Shown: one piece after another, positions 51,557-64,000 of the stretch
Numbering within the stretch: the first letter of the stretch is position 1
Layout of the letters: every line of letters starts with the position of its first letter
From: Camelus dromedarius
Lineage: Eukaryota
Assembly (NCBI RefSeq): GCF_036321535.1
Contig: NC_087437.1
Coordinates: 33,110,001-33,174,000, forward strand
DNA: 64,000 nt
Direction: 5' to 3'
Made by a program: the position numbers and the translations under genes
Notes under the pieces: model-generated
Databases searched by the model: none
The model's input: the letters and a program-made list of their open reading frames with translations, nothing else
Told to the model about the DNA's origin: nothing

Positions 51557-52148
51557 GGTGGTAGGCTGAGTAACAGCTCCCAAACATGTCCACGTCCTAA
51601 TCCTGGGAACCTGTGGACATGTTACTTTACAAAGCAAAGGGGACTTGGCCAATGTGATCAGGTTAAGGAATTTTTTTAATTGGGGGGTAATTAGGTTTGT
51701 TTGTTTGTTTATTTAACGGAGGTACTGGGTACTGAACCCAGGACCTCGTGCATGCTAAGCATGGACTCTACCACTGAGCTGTACCCTCCCCCCAGGTTAC
51801 GGATCTTGGATGGACAGGGGACCCTGGATGGTCAGGTGGGCCCAGTGTACTCACACGGGTCCTTCTAAGGAGACTTCCTTACATTCAGGAGGTGCTGCCT
51901 GCTGGCTGTGAAGACGGAGGATGGAGCAAGAGCCAAGGAAGGCAGGTGGCCTCTAGGAGGTGGGCAAGGCAAGGAGTGGAGTCTCCCCTAGAGTCTCTAG
52001 AAGGAATGCAGCCCTTTCAACACCTTGATCTTAGCCCAGTGCGACCTACTTCAGACTTCTGACCTCCAAATTTGTAAGAGGATTCATTTGTGGGGGTTTT
52101 TTCCCCTACAAAATTTACAGTAATCCGTTACAGCAGTGAAACTAACAG
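51557..52148 (+). mobile_element. MLT1D-like LTR interrupted by a SINE
   Basis: 'tggtaggctgagtaac...catgtccacgtcctaatcctgggaacctgtg...ggcaaggagtggagtctcccctagagtctctagaagg...ttacagcagtgaaactaac'. Confidence 0.8.
51671..51792 (-). mobile_element. tRNA-derived SINE, camelid Vic-1 type
   Basis: Reverse complement ggggagggtacagctcagtggtagagtccatgcttagcatgcacgaggtcctgggttcagtacccagtacctcc with A-rich tail; flanking duplication caggttaagga / caggttacgga. Confidence 0.85.
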
Positions 52149-53599
52149 ATACAAAATTACTTGTGATCCTTCCTGTCGTGTTCTGTGTGGGCATGTCTCC
52201 TTGGGGCCATTGTGGATTCACATCCGTCTCGTATACAACTATGGTACAAGATCCTTTCGTAACTCGCCTTTACTGGCTAGAGGCGTCTTGAATGAACCTA
52301 AGAAGAAACTCAGAGTGGAGAATTGCTACTGCTACTATGGGACCAGCTCTGTGCAAACCTCTTCAACTGAGGGACCATCACAAAGGCAAGTAAATGCCAC
52401 GCCTGCAAAAAGTGTGACTAAGTCTCTAGGGTGATTCATGCTGATGCCTTGAGATCAATGGTCAGGCTGGACTTGCGAGACTGTGTGTGTGGATTTAACA
52501 TTCCACGTCTCATTAAGATCAGTTATTTTAAAGCTATTTACATTTGTTCTCCGGCAGAACCACCTATGCCATTCAAGGACGCATGTGCAGCCAAGCTAGA
52601 TTCCCAATGGTTAAATTTACAACCTACCAACCATGGTCTTTATTTGGGACCACTACTAATGCTCCATGATCACACACATCCTGGGCTATGCAAACACATG
52701 TGCTCAGACAAGTGGAAATGTTGTGGGCTGGCAAAAAATGTTCGTGATTCAACAATAATTTATTAATAAGCTGGTTGAAGGCATTCCTACTTGCTAGCTC
52801 ATCCAGGTAATGCTAGTTTGGGTGACTGTGGGACACGTGCCAAGGAGCCCAAAGCCCAAGTTTACCCCCAGGACCACCCCAGGCGGGACCCAGACTCTGC
52901 AATCAGAGCCTGCAGACCAAGTGGATGCTGTGGTGGTAGGTAGGGTGGGGGTCCTGGGGGCACCTGCCATTTCAGCAGAGCAGTGCCCAGGAAGGAGGGC
53001 AGTTCTGTGCCTCTCTGTTCTGCGCTTCCAGGATTGCTATGTTTCATCCCCGTGGAGGAGTGAGGGTGCGTGCTAAGTGCCACCTCCATCTTGCCGATAG
53101 CTGCCCCCTTCCTGTTCTTTCACCAGGGCTGTAAAAGCACTTAGGAGCCTGCCTTGCATGAAAGTATAAATTATTTCACTTTAGTGTTTTATTATATATC
53201 TTGCCTCTCCATATTCATTGCGACTGCTTTCATTCTCCAGTTTTCATTTCTACGGTCTGCTCGATGTATTGCTTTCCTAGTCTTGTGAACCATCACCTCT
53301 GAATTATTGACACTAATGGAGGGAAGACTTCAAGGAGAGCAGCAATTAGATGAATTATGCTGCATTTAAGTGCTTTACAGATTGAAAAGTGATAAACAAA
53401 GAAGCGTTTTCTTAGTAGACCAGGCGTTCTCCCAGCTGCCTAGTGGCCCAGCAGGACAGGCTCTATTCTGCCGACAGCGGGGCGGGCGCCCACAGCGGCT
53501 CAGCCCACCTGCGCCGGGGCAGCAAGGGTGGCCGGGGCCTTACCAGAAGTCAGCTGTTTTGCTCCTAAGCTTGCCTAAGCCAGGTGTACTCAGTACCTA

Positions 53600-53740
53600 G
53601 CTGCATTATTAAAAATGTTACATAAACTGATGAAGAGTGGGCACAAAAAAAGATGTCATGTCCACAAAATCCAAGTTAAATGCTGTAGAAAGAACTGATG
53701 GAGCCTTTCTCGTGAAGTCGGCGCACAGAGATCCCGCCAG
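53600..53740 (+). mobile_element. Possible Tigger/pogo transposase N-terminal remnant
   Basis: ORF 53637 peptide KKDVMSTKSKLNAVERTD resembles the CENP-B/Tigger N-terminal HTH start; short and degenerate. Confidence 0.35.
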
Positions 53741-54267
53741 TCCCTCTAAACGTCAGGGAAGGGCCGGCAGCTGCTTGGGGCAGGAGCCAGTGGTCGCAGG
53801 ACTTGCTCAGTGTAAGGGACAGCCCCAAGTCGTCAGGAGGGGGGCTGATCCAGGATACCCTGGGTAGCACAGGCACTCTCAACACCACCCCAAATCGCCC
53901 ACCCCTCCACGCTGTGGTCCTGAGGCCATGTCATGTGACATCAGAATAGCAGGGGCCTCCTGGTCATAGAAGAGTAGTGTAAGGTCAGGAAAGAAATGGC
54001 ATCAGGCAGCAGCAGTGAGGGAACACAAGCCACGGTCTGTGATCTCTGCTTACAAATTAGTAAAGAAAACAAAACTGAATGTTCACAGGCTTTTCACCAG
54101 CTAGTCTGATTTCTTCTCCGTACTTCCTTGCATTTACTACCACAGCTATTACTGCATTTTATCACTAGAGGGCAACAGTGTTCCTAAAATGAGTGATTCT
54201 TGCAGAATCAGGAAATCACTTAGAATCAAGGAATTTCAGAGCTGGAAGAGGTCTTAAAAATCATTTG

Positions 54268-56626
54268 TGCAGATAACATGATACCATATATAGAAAACCC
54301 TAAAGGCTCCACACAAAAACTACTAGAGCCGATAAAAGAATTCAGCAAGATAGCAGGATACAAGATTAACACACCAAAATAAGTGGCATTTCTTTACACT
54401 AACAATGAAATCAGAAAAGGAACGTAAAAGAAACAATCCCTTTTAAAACTACATCCCCAAAAATAAAATACTTAGAAATAAACCTGACCAAGGAAGTGAA
54501 AGACTTATATGTGAAGAACTACAAAACACTGAATAAGGAAATTAAAGATGACTTAAAGAAACGGAAAGATATACCATGTTCTTGGATTGGAAGAATTAAT
54601 ATTGTTAAAATGGCAACAGTACCCAAAGCCACCTACAGATTTAATGTGATCCCTATCAAATTACTCAGGACATTTTTCACAGAACAAGAACAAATAATCC
54701 TAAAATTTACATGGAATCACAAAAGACCCAGAACTGACAAAGCAATACTGAAGTAAAAGAATGAAGTTGGAGGAATAACCCTCCCAGACTTCAGATAATA
54801 CTACAATAATCAAAACAGCATGGTATTGGTAGAAAAACAGATATATGGATCAATGGAACAGAATAGAGAGCCCAGAAATAAACTCACAAACTTTTGGTCA
54901 GTTAATCTTTGACAAAGGAGGCAAGAACATACAATGGAATAAAGACAGTCTCTTCAGCAAATGGTGTTGGGAAAACTGGACAGCAGCATGTAAATCAATG
55001 AAGTTAGAACACTCCCTCACACCATAAACTCAAAATGGCTTAAAGACTTAAACATAAGGCAAGACACTATAAACCTCTTACAAGAAAACATAGGCAAAAC
55101 ATTATCCAACATAAATCTCAGCAATGTTCTTCCAGAGCAATCTACCCAGACAACAAAATAAAAGCAAAAATAAACAAATGGGACCTAATTAAACTTATAA
55201 ACTTGCACAGCAAAGGAAACCATAAGCAAAACAAAAAGACAACCTATGGAATGGGAGAAAATATTTGCAAAGGATGAGACTGACAAAGGCTTAATCTGCA
55301 GAATACAACTTAATTTGCTCATACAACTTAATAACAAAAAAACAAAGAACCCAATCCAAAAATGGGCAGAAGATCTAAACAAGCAATTTTCCAATGAAGA
55401 CATACAAATGGCCAATAGGCACATGAAAAAATGCTTATTATCGCTAATAGAAAAAGAGAAATTCAAATCAAAATTACAATGAGGTATCACCTCACACCAG
55501 TCAGAATGGCCATCATTCAAAAGCCCTCAAACGATAAATGCTGGAGAGGGTGTGGAGAAAAGGGAACCCTCCTACACTGCTGGTAGGAATGTAGTTTGAT
55601 GCAGCCATTATGGAAAACAGTATGGAGATTCCTCAAAAAACTAAAAATAGATTTGTTAAGTAGGTTAGATAGAAATGAGCACTGGGCAGGGAGAGAGGAA
55701 GGGGAAAGGAACAATCCACAACACAAGGAAGCTGAGCTGTCAATCAACCAGAGCGCAGGGAACTTGAGTTGCCAATCAATCAATCAATCAATCAATCATG
55801 AAACCAGGATATAAAAACAGGAAAAACAAAGAAACAGAGCCATTTTTCCTCTCTTGGGTTGGCACTCTCCCAATTCTCAGGAGTGTATCTTTCATTATTT
55901 TTTTTACTTCACTAATAAAAATCTTACTTGTATCATGCTTTTTGTCTTTCATCAAAAATTATTTTTTTCTAGGTGACTAAGAACTGAGGTAATTCTTATT
56001 TCCCTTTTCCCAGTAACAGATTTACCATATGATCCAGCAGCCCCACTCCTGGGCATATATTCAGAGGAACCTTAATTCAAAAAGATACATGCACCCCAGT
56101 GTTCACAGCAGCACTATTTACACTAGCCAAGACATAGAAACAATCTAAATGTTCATCAACAGATGACTGGATAAAGAAGCTGTGGTATATTTATACAATG
56201 GAATACTACTCAGTCATAAAAAATAATAAAATAATGCCATTTGCACGAACATGGATGGACCTGGAGAATGTCATTCTAAGTGAAGTAAGCCAGAAAAAGA
56301 AAGAACAATACCATATATCATTTATATGTGGAATTTTAAAAAAATTTATTTACAAAACAGAAACAGACTCACATAGAAAACAAACTTGTGGTTATCAGGG
56401 GGAAAGAGGGTGGGAAGAGATAAATTGGGAGTTTGAGATTTGCAGATACTAACAATATATATAAAATAGATAAACAACAAGTTTATACTGTATAGCACAA
56501 GGAACTATATTCAGTATCCTGTAACTTATGCTGAAAAGAATATGAAAATGAACATATGTATGTTCCTGTATGACTGAAAATTTGACACACTGTAAACTGA
56601 CTATACTTCAATAAAAATATATTTTA
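54268..56626 (+). mobile_element. 5'-truncated LINE-1 (ORF2 from the RT FADD region through the 3'UTR), pseudogenised
   Basis: ORF2 peptides ([42 protein letters not shown]); terminal aataaa; 12 bp TSD aaaaatcatttg at 54256-54267 and 56627-56638. Confidence 0.95.
55654..56018 (+). mobile_element. Solo LTR (365 bp) inserted into the L1
   Basis: TGTTA...TAACA termini; perfect 4 bp TSD GATT; TATAAAA 55810-55816; AATAAA 55914-55919; removing it restores L1 'aaaatagatttaccatatgatcc'. Confidence 0.9.
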
Positions 56627-58539
56627 AAAAATCATTTGGTTTACTGGCTTTCAAATTTTTATCACCTGAAACCCACAGCAAGAACTGCATGCTTCATAAT
56701 GACCCAGTTCAAACAAATAAATTTGCAACATTTTGAGGCACTACTTTTTTTTCTGCAATGCATTCTAAACGTTTGTATTCCAAAATATTTCATTAAAAAC
56801 AAATAAACACAAACAACTGCAACCTACTAAACAGACTTCATAACCCACTAGTGTGCCATTAGTTTGAAAAAATCCTGACTTGGTCCCAGCCTCTCATCTG
56901 CAAAGGGTGCACTGACTTCCAGCATGGAGAAGGATCCCTACCAGCTGAGCTACACCTCTCTCCCACCCACTCACCTGCTCACCCGGGGTCAATCCTGGAG
57001 GAATGACCAACACTGCAGCAACTCAGCACTCACTCTAATAATGTATTGATTGGATAAAGAGTTTTGAGGGTCTTATCATTTTCCACCTCTTGGCAATGCT
57101 ACAGCTACTCTTGTTTTTGAAGCAGAAACTCCTTGCATTGAAGGCTCCAAGCAGGTGCTGTCTGTTCTCCTTATTCAAGCAATTTGAATCAAGCAAGCAA
57201 TTACACTGAATTCTTGGGAGAAACTGAAATCACTTTGGTCTCTAGAGATTCTTGACTGAAAAAGTCACTAGGTTCCTTCCCTTTTTTAGGCCAAAAAACA
57301 AAAAAGGATCCCTTTAAAACTCAGCAACATTATTACAGATGAAAACAGTAACTGAGTTCTCTATGAAAAGAAAGGAAAAATTTTAACTCAGATTTTGAGA
57401 GTTTATTTTGTGAAAGATGCCAAGTATTTTATTCTTTTTAATAAGCGGGTGACTAAATGCATGAAAATGCAAACTACTTTATTATTTAATTCGTTTATGG
57501 TCATAGAAGGAAGAAAAAATACCTAGGATTTGAAAACTGGTGCACCTTAGATATGCGACCTTGGTTTTCTGTAGGGACTCTTTCCCACTGACAGTCAGGG
57601 AGCAAATCTTCAGGGGGGCCCTTTTTGGGCTCTGGGAGGTAGTGATTCTCCTACTTTGATAGAAAGGTCTCAAGCTCTGATCCTTCACTTCTCTGTTGGG
57701 CTGGTAAAACTGAACTTTTTCCTCCCTGAGACAGCAAAGTTTGTTATAACAGATGACAAACACAGGTTGCCTTTTTCAAGGAATAATTTGCTTTCATCTA
57801 TCGTTAAATTAAGCCAACCTGGGTTGTACAGTTAAGTGTTTGAAGAACTAAGGCTAAGCTTCTAAAAGGCGTTCCCCTACCCCTAACACCAGGTCTACAA
57901 CATCTTAAAAACAAAAAGCCTACTGCCACTTATTAAAACTCTACCTATTTACACTCTACTGAACTCTATTTAAGGCTGAGTCTGCAGTCTTTGAGGAGTA
58001 TTGGGGGATTACAGGAAAGAGCATCTTTACTTTTGGGGCAGACTTAGTATAGTTCTGTAACTTTCGTAACCTTCTATTTCATGATGAAAGCAATGTATCT
58101 CCATCGACACAAAATGGTACCTACAGCCACTGCCTTGCAATCAGCATCCAAAAAAACAAGCTGCAAAATTATCACTCTTTCCGTTCACACAGAAAACAGC
58201 CTTGGTTCACTCACTCCCATTAGATTAAAGCAGACGCCAGGATTAGGAAGGGTTCTCGCCCAGGCCTACGCGAAAATTCCTGAAGCTTCTGCACCTGCAA
58301 TTAACAAGAGACCGTCCAAGGTCCGGCCTGGGAATTAGCTTAGATTTTAGAAATTCCGCCCAGGCCTAATGCTCGAGCCACTGGTGGGTCGCGCCCTCCA
58401 CGACCACCTCATAGCAACAAACTCTGGGAGTAGTCTCAGAAAAGACCCAGCTTTGCCTATTGGGCCTGTACCTCAGTTTCCCCATACACCTCTTCCCAGG
58501 TATGGGAGCTGCCCTTCGAAAACTCCTTAACGCCTCGTA

Positions 58540-59430
58540 ATGCCAGCCGGAACGAGCCGGCTTTCTGCGGACTCGGCGCACCGACGGGCCCTTCCACGCT
58601 GAGGCGCGAGCCCGGATCTCCCCCGGCGCCTGGCGCATCGCAGTCTCCCTCCCGGATCCGCCGCGGGGCGCACAGGCACGCGCACCCAAAGTCGCCACCC
58701 AGGCGGCCCGAGGCCGGACCCCCGCGCCGCCCGCCCGGTCGCTCCCGCACTCACCCACGCGCGGCTCTCCTGCACCTCAGCCAGCATTCGAAGGGCGCTG
58801 GGCGAGCCCGCGCGGAAGTTGAAAAAGTGCAACGCCACGCGCGCCGCTTGCGACAGAAGCCGGCGCGGCAGCTCCGTGTCCTGGTGCCACCCGGAGTCCT
58901 CCGGACCCCCGGAGCCCGCGGGCGCCCCCGCCGCCTCCTGGAGGGCGAGCAGCAGCAGCAGGGCGAGCAGCGGGGCGGCGGGGAGCGGGTTCCCCCGCCG
59001 GGACGCGGGAAGCGGTTGCCGGAGGGGCTGCATGGACGTGGCTGGCGTAACGCTCGACGTATCCCGGCTCGGAGCGGGCGGCGCCGGCGCTCAAGTAAAT
59101 AAGCCCGCGGCGGGCTCCGCCCCCTCCGCCCTCGGGGCGGATGGCTGGAGAGGGCCTGGGTCTGCGGCGGGCCGCGCCCTCTCGGCGCTTCCCGTTGCCC
59201 CTGGGTACCCCGTTCCGCCCAACTCCTCCCACGCTCCGGCTGCCCCGGCTGGGTGCCGGCACACAGCGGCGCGCCGGGGGTGTCCGGGCGGGGCCGCGCC
59301 GGCAGGGGGTCAAGGGAGGCCGTTGGAGACGACTCCCCGGAGGGAGCGCGACCCGCGCGGCGCCACCCCGTGTCCTCAGCCCAACTCGGGGACCGGCTTC
59401 TCTCCCCTGCGGTTGCTGTGATTTCGGAGC
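58540..59430 (-). promoter_or_regulatory. RARRES1: RARRES1 CpG island/promoter
   Basis: Very CpG-dense; tandem GC boxes (gggcgg twice on the - strand, ~59115-59131) and TATA-like TATTTA at ~59096-59101 upstream of the ATG. Confidence 0.85.
58755..59033 (-). CDS. RARRES1: RARRES1 exon 1 coding part, 279 bp; the six exons total 876 bp = 291 aa latexin-family protein with an N-terminal hydrophobic segment
   Basis: MQPLRQPLPASRRGNPLPAAPLLALLLLLAL...AARVALHFFNFRAGSPSALRMLAEVQESRAW|GTgagt. Confidence 0.96.
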
Positions 59431-62400
59431 CGTTGGGGTTTCAGAGCAAACCTGCTTCAGATCTCCAAGGCTTGGAGCTGTGATTTCCCATAAGATGAAA
59501 CTGGGAACGAGTGGAGAAAGGATGGGGCGCAGCCTGCGTTAATAGGGGTTCTTATAACACAATGACCTTAGAAGTGAGACAGGTTTCCAGGGAACTGGGG
59601 CTGGAGAGGAGGCTGCCGTGGTCAGCAGGGCAGAGGCAGATAAGGACCCAGAAGCCCCACTAAACTTAGAAACAAGTAGGTCACTGATAACCCTTGTGCA
59701 GTGTAGATTCAAAAGCCGGGCGTGAAAGCCAGATTCCAGCGAAGTGAGGCATGGATGGGCTGTAGGGCAGTAGAGGCAGCGAGGGTCGACTACTCTTTTT
59801 AGACACATGGCAGTGAAGGGGTGAGATGGCCATTATTCTTAAGCCACAGACAAGAGCGAAATACCAGGAGAACCAGGGATTAGAGGCACTCTCAGCAACC
59901 ATTTTTCCACCTCTCTTTATTTTGTTCAGGTGTCCACCCCTCCCCAACCCCTGACTCCAGCCCCACACTGTGGAGCTAAAGGAAGTGGAAGGGATCAGGG
60001 CAGAGCCCCAGAGGGGTCCGTACAGGACGAGAGGATAGTGGCAGACCAGTAGGAATCTATCACTGAGGCCAGGAGGGGGAGAAGGGAATGACTGATGGCA
60101 GCATTAGTGCTTATGAGATGGTGAGGATCTTGGGAAAGTCATAAACAGGAGGGAAGACACACAGACACAGCCAGGGGAACAAGTGTGGCTGCCTGAGCAC
60201 AGGGGACTCTTCCAAGGTCAGCTGTTTTAATAGTGATATTAATTACACTTAGGGCAGACTGACATTGATCAGGGACACACATTTCTAAAGTTTTTCATTA
60301 TAGCATTCATTTTATTAACAGATTTTCTTCAACACAGGAGAATATTTCCTTCATTGAGAACTGTATGTCCTCTGTCCATTTATCTGTGGGGTTGTTGGAT
60401 TTCTGATTGATTTGTAGAAGTTCTTTAAATACTAAGGAGATTGGGCCTAGGTCTATCATGGGTACCACCAATATTTTCTCAGCTCCTACAGTGCTTGTGT
60501 GTGTGGATTGTTCCTCCTTGTCAAACACTGTGTAGGGGTGATATTGTTAAATGCACACCATGTTCTCCAAAGGGCCTGTCCTCTTGGGTCACATGTACCA
60601 CCTCTTGCCCTGTTTTTCCTTCTTGGGGCTGCTGGAAGACTGCCCTACAGGCAGGGAGGGAAGTCTTGGCCAGCAGGATCTGGCCCTCAGCCAGATGTAT
60701 CCTCGCCAAGAGGGTCCCATATGTCATGTCTCTTAGTTCCTGAATCATTGCTCAGATTACTGTCAGCATTTTTATATAGAAAACTTAGTTTGTGTTTAAG
60801 AATTATAATGGTATAAAAAAGTATAGTGACTTAATCACATGAAAAGATCCTGTACAGAGAGTGAAGACATTGATATAATATTTTCTTGGGCTATTTGTAA
60901 TAGCTATCAAAATTAGCAATGCATATACCTTTTGACCCAGGAATTCTACCCCTATAGTTTATAGAAATGATAAATTCACACATGGACACAGAGAAGTATG
61001 TACGAGAATGTTCCTCTGGATGTGAATTGTAAACTCCTCAAATAATCTCATTTTCTGCTCTCTGTCCCTAGAACAGTGCCTGACACCATAGGCATCAATT
61101 CAAATTTTAGGAAAGAATGAAGAGTAAAACGCTGGGGAAAAAAAATCCCATGGCTGAATAATTATGCTCCCTCCATCTAGTGGGATCTGTGCAGCCATTA
61201 AGGAGAGGGATCCAGGCATGAAGATACTGAACCATCTCTAAGATGTAATGTTAACGGACAACGAAGTGTCAAGTAGAGCAAATTATGTGCTGTTTGTTTA
61301 AAAAGAAACGGTATACACATGAGTACATACATAAATGTGGAAACATACAAAGATGTCTGAAAAGGTTCATAAGAAATCAGTAATTATAGGATGGGGACAG
61401 GGGTGTGAGAAACTTTTTACTATATACCCTTTTGCATTGGTTCTTTTTTTTTTTTCTCTAATATGTGTTACCCATTCTGAATAACTAACTAAATGAAATG
61501 CTGTGTATGAATGCACTTCAAATCAGTTTCTTCTGTGGTAGAAAGGTCCACCATTTCTACAGGGACTTTACAATTCCATCACTGAGCATAGCCAGAGCAA
61601 GCCTGACCTCAGTTTAGACATACAATTTAGGCTTGTCTTCCTCCCTCTGAGCCTCACTCTTCCACACTCTTTTGCCTCAGGCCCAGTTGTGTTTCCCCAC
61701 ATTAGAATGTCCAGGGGAGGAGCTGAAGAGCTAATTCACACTGTTGGTGTAAATGACTGCCATGGCTCACTGCCTTGCTTTTCTCAGGAGTATTTGTCAC
61801 TTTAAAAAGGGGCAAAGCCTTGAGCCAAGAGACCTGAGTTCTAATTGAACTGACTGCAGGCACTGGCAGCTGTGCTAAGTAGAGGCATTCAGCAGCCCTG
61901 AGCATCCGCACCTGCCCCTTCCTACTCCTTTGAGTAACAAGAGGCCAGATAGCTGAGTGGGAGGGTTTTGAGAGACATTAACTGTTCATTCCCCTCTACC
62001 AGAAAGAAGGAGCTGGGACATGTCTTCCCTGGAAGTGGCTAAACACAGGCCTGCTGAAGTACCCTCACCAACTGCCTGAGGGGACTGGGCAGTGATATGC
62101 AGAAAAGAAGGGCATGGTGACTCTGCTGTCATGGCTATCCCCAGCTGTCCCGGCTTGGAGAGTGTGGGTGAGGACTCAGGAGCCAGTTCCATGAGCCACA
62201 GGCCCCATGTTCCTTATCCAAGCCCTGAGAATACACTAAGAACAGGTGGGGTCGAGTGGGTGCTTAGCCCGCGCGGCTCTGTCATCTGAGGTTACAGAAA
62301 TTGGAAGAGCCGGAAAGTTTATTTCTTATCACAGAACACTGTTCGGATTTTCCACCCTGGGACACTCTTGACAATTGGGGGTGCTGTTTGTAAATCAGTT

Positions 62401-62554
62401 TTTGATGAAATTTTCGGCTTAAGATTTTTGACCAGCAGTCTCTTAGTTATATATTTGTAAATACTATGTTTCTGTAAAAATGCATTATCAAGTAAAATGG
62501 GAGGAAATACTTTTTCTAGCTAAGAAAAGCAAAAGAATAAAAAAAAAAAAAAAG

Positions 62555-64000
62555 GCTGACAAATAGATCAATAGAACAGGAGAGAAAGCCCAGAAATAAA
62601 CCCACACACTTACAGTCAGTCTACAACAGAGGAAATAACTGGTGGAAAAAAGACAGTCTCTTCAATAACTGGTGCTGGGAAAACTGGACAGCTACATGTA
62701 AAAGGTGAAATTAGAACATTCTCTAGCACCATATACAAAGATAAACTCAAAATAGATTAAAGAGCTAAGTATAAGACCAGATACTCTAAAATTCCTAGAG
62801 GAAAACATAGGCAGGACACTCTTTGACATAAATCGCTGAAATATCTTTTTGGATCTGTCTCTTAGAGTAATGGAAACAAAAACAAAAGGGACCTAGTTAA
62901 ACTTAAAAGTGTTTGCACAACAAAGGAAACCATAAACAAAATGAAAAGACAACCTATAGAAAGGGAGAAAATATTTGCAAATGATGCACCTGACATGGGA
63001 TTAATTTCTAAAATATACAAACAGCTCATAAAGCTTAATATCAAAAAACAAAACAAAACAAATAACCCAATCAAAAAGTGGGCAAAAGACCTAAATAGAC
63101 ATTTCTCTAAAGAAGACATCCAGATAGCCAACAGGCACATAAAAAGATGCTCAACATCGCTAATTATTAGAGAAATGAAAATCAAAACTACAATGAGGTA
63201 TCACCTCACACTGGTTAGAATGGCCATCATTCAAAAGTCTACAAATAATAAATCCTGGAGAGGGTTTGGAGAGAAAAGAACCCTCCTACACTTTTGGTAG
63301 GAATATAAATTGGTGCAGCCAGTATGGATAACAGTATGGAGGTTCCTTAAAAAACTAAAAATAGAATTATCATATAAACCTGCTGTCCCACTGCTAGGCA
63401 TATATCTGGAGAGAACTCTAATTAAAAAAGACACATGCACCCCAATGTTCACAGCAGCACTATTTACAATAGTCAAGACATGGAAGCAGCTTAAATGTCC
63501 ATTGACAGATGATTGGATAAAGAAGCTGTGGCACATATATACACAGCAGAATATTACTCAGCCATAAAAAAGAATGAAATAATGCCATTTGCAGCAACAT
63601 GGATGGACCTAGAGATGATCATATTAGGTGAAATAAGTCAGACAGAAAGACAAATATATGATATCACTTACATGCAGAATCTAAAAAAATGATACAAAGG
63701 AACTTATTTATAAAACAGAAATAGACTCACAGACATAGAAAACAAACTTAAGGTTATCAAAGGGAAAAGTGGAGGCACGGGGGAGAGGGATAGATTAGGA
63801 GTTTGGAATTAACATATACACACTATTATGTAAAATACATAAACAACAAGGGCCTACTGTATAGCACAGGGAACTATATTCAGTATCTTGTAATAACCTA
63901 TAATGAAGAGAATCTGAAAAAAGAATATATATATATATACATATATATGTATAACTGAATCACTTTGCTGTTCACCTGAAACTAACACATTATAAATTAA
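62555..64000 (+). mobile_element. 5'-truncated LINE-1 (end of ORF2 + 3'UTR), runs off the window
   Basis: ORF2 C-terminal peptides ([34 protein letters not shown]) followed by a typical L1 3'UTR. Confidence 0.93.

Noticed and set aside
51715..51792. tRNA-like sequence
   Set aside because: It is the head of a SINE with an A-rich tail and TSD, not a tRNA gene.
54496..56452. L1 ORF2 fragments as functional coding sequence
   Set aside because: 5'-truncated, with multiple frameshifts and stops and an LTR insertion.
58366..59542. Several long overlapping ORFs (130-200 aa) on both strands around RARRES1 exon 1
   Set aside because: Expected from stop-codon scarcity in a CpG island; low-complexity Arg/Pro/Gly/Ala peptides. 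Only the MQPLRQ frame joins the spliced RARRES1 CDS.
59430..62500. Canonical retinoic acid response element upstream of RARRES1
   Set aside because: By eye I found only isolated half-sites (e.g. aggtca ~59678, tgacct ~61604) and no convincing DR2/DR5 pair; a PWM scan is needed.

Overview
Mammalian genomic DNA, most likely camelid (a Vic-1-type SINE is present), covering the conserved GFM1-LXN-RARRES1 locus. The + strand carries the last seven coding exons of GFM1 (mitochondrial elongation factor G1; 1879-20577). The complete six-exon latexin gene (LXN, 222 aa) is nested antisense inside one GFM1 intron. Its paralogue RARRES1/TIG1 (six exons, 291 aa) lies on the - strand, converging on GFM1, with a CpG-island promoter near 59 kb. 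All exons were read directly: GT-AG boundaries and reading frames join without breaks. RARRES1 intron 1 (~22 kb) is packed with retroelements: a ~6.9 kb two-LTR ERV1-like provirus with a second LTR nested in it, a TSD-bounded L1 carrying its own solo LTR, MLT1 LTRs, a SINE and an 83 bp tandem duplication. I found no convincingly new biological system. The most testable oddities are a probable short RARRES1 isoform whose poly(A) signals come from an antisense L2, a 12-nt shift of the RARRES1 exon 3 acceptor, a candidate GFM1 poison exon overlapping LXN exon 1, and the nested ERV structures. Exon numbers, repeat family names and human comparisons are from memory, not from searches.
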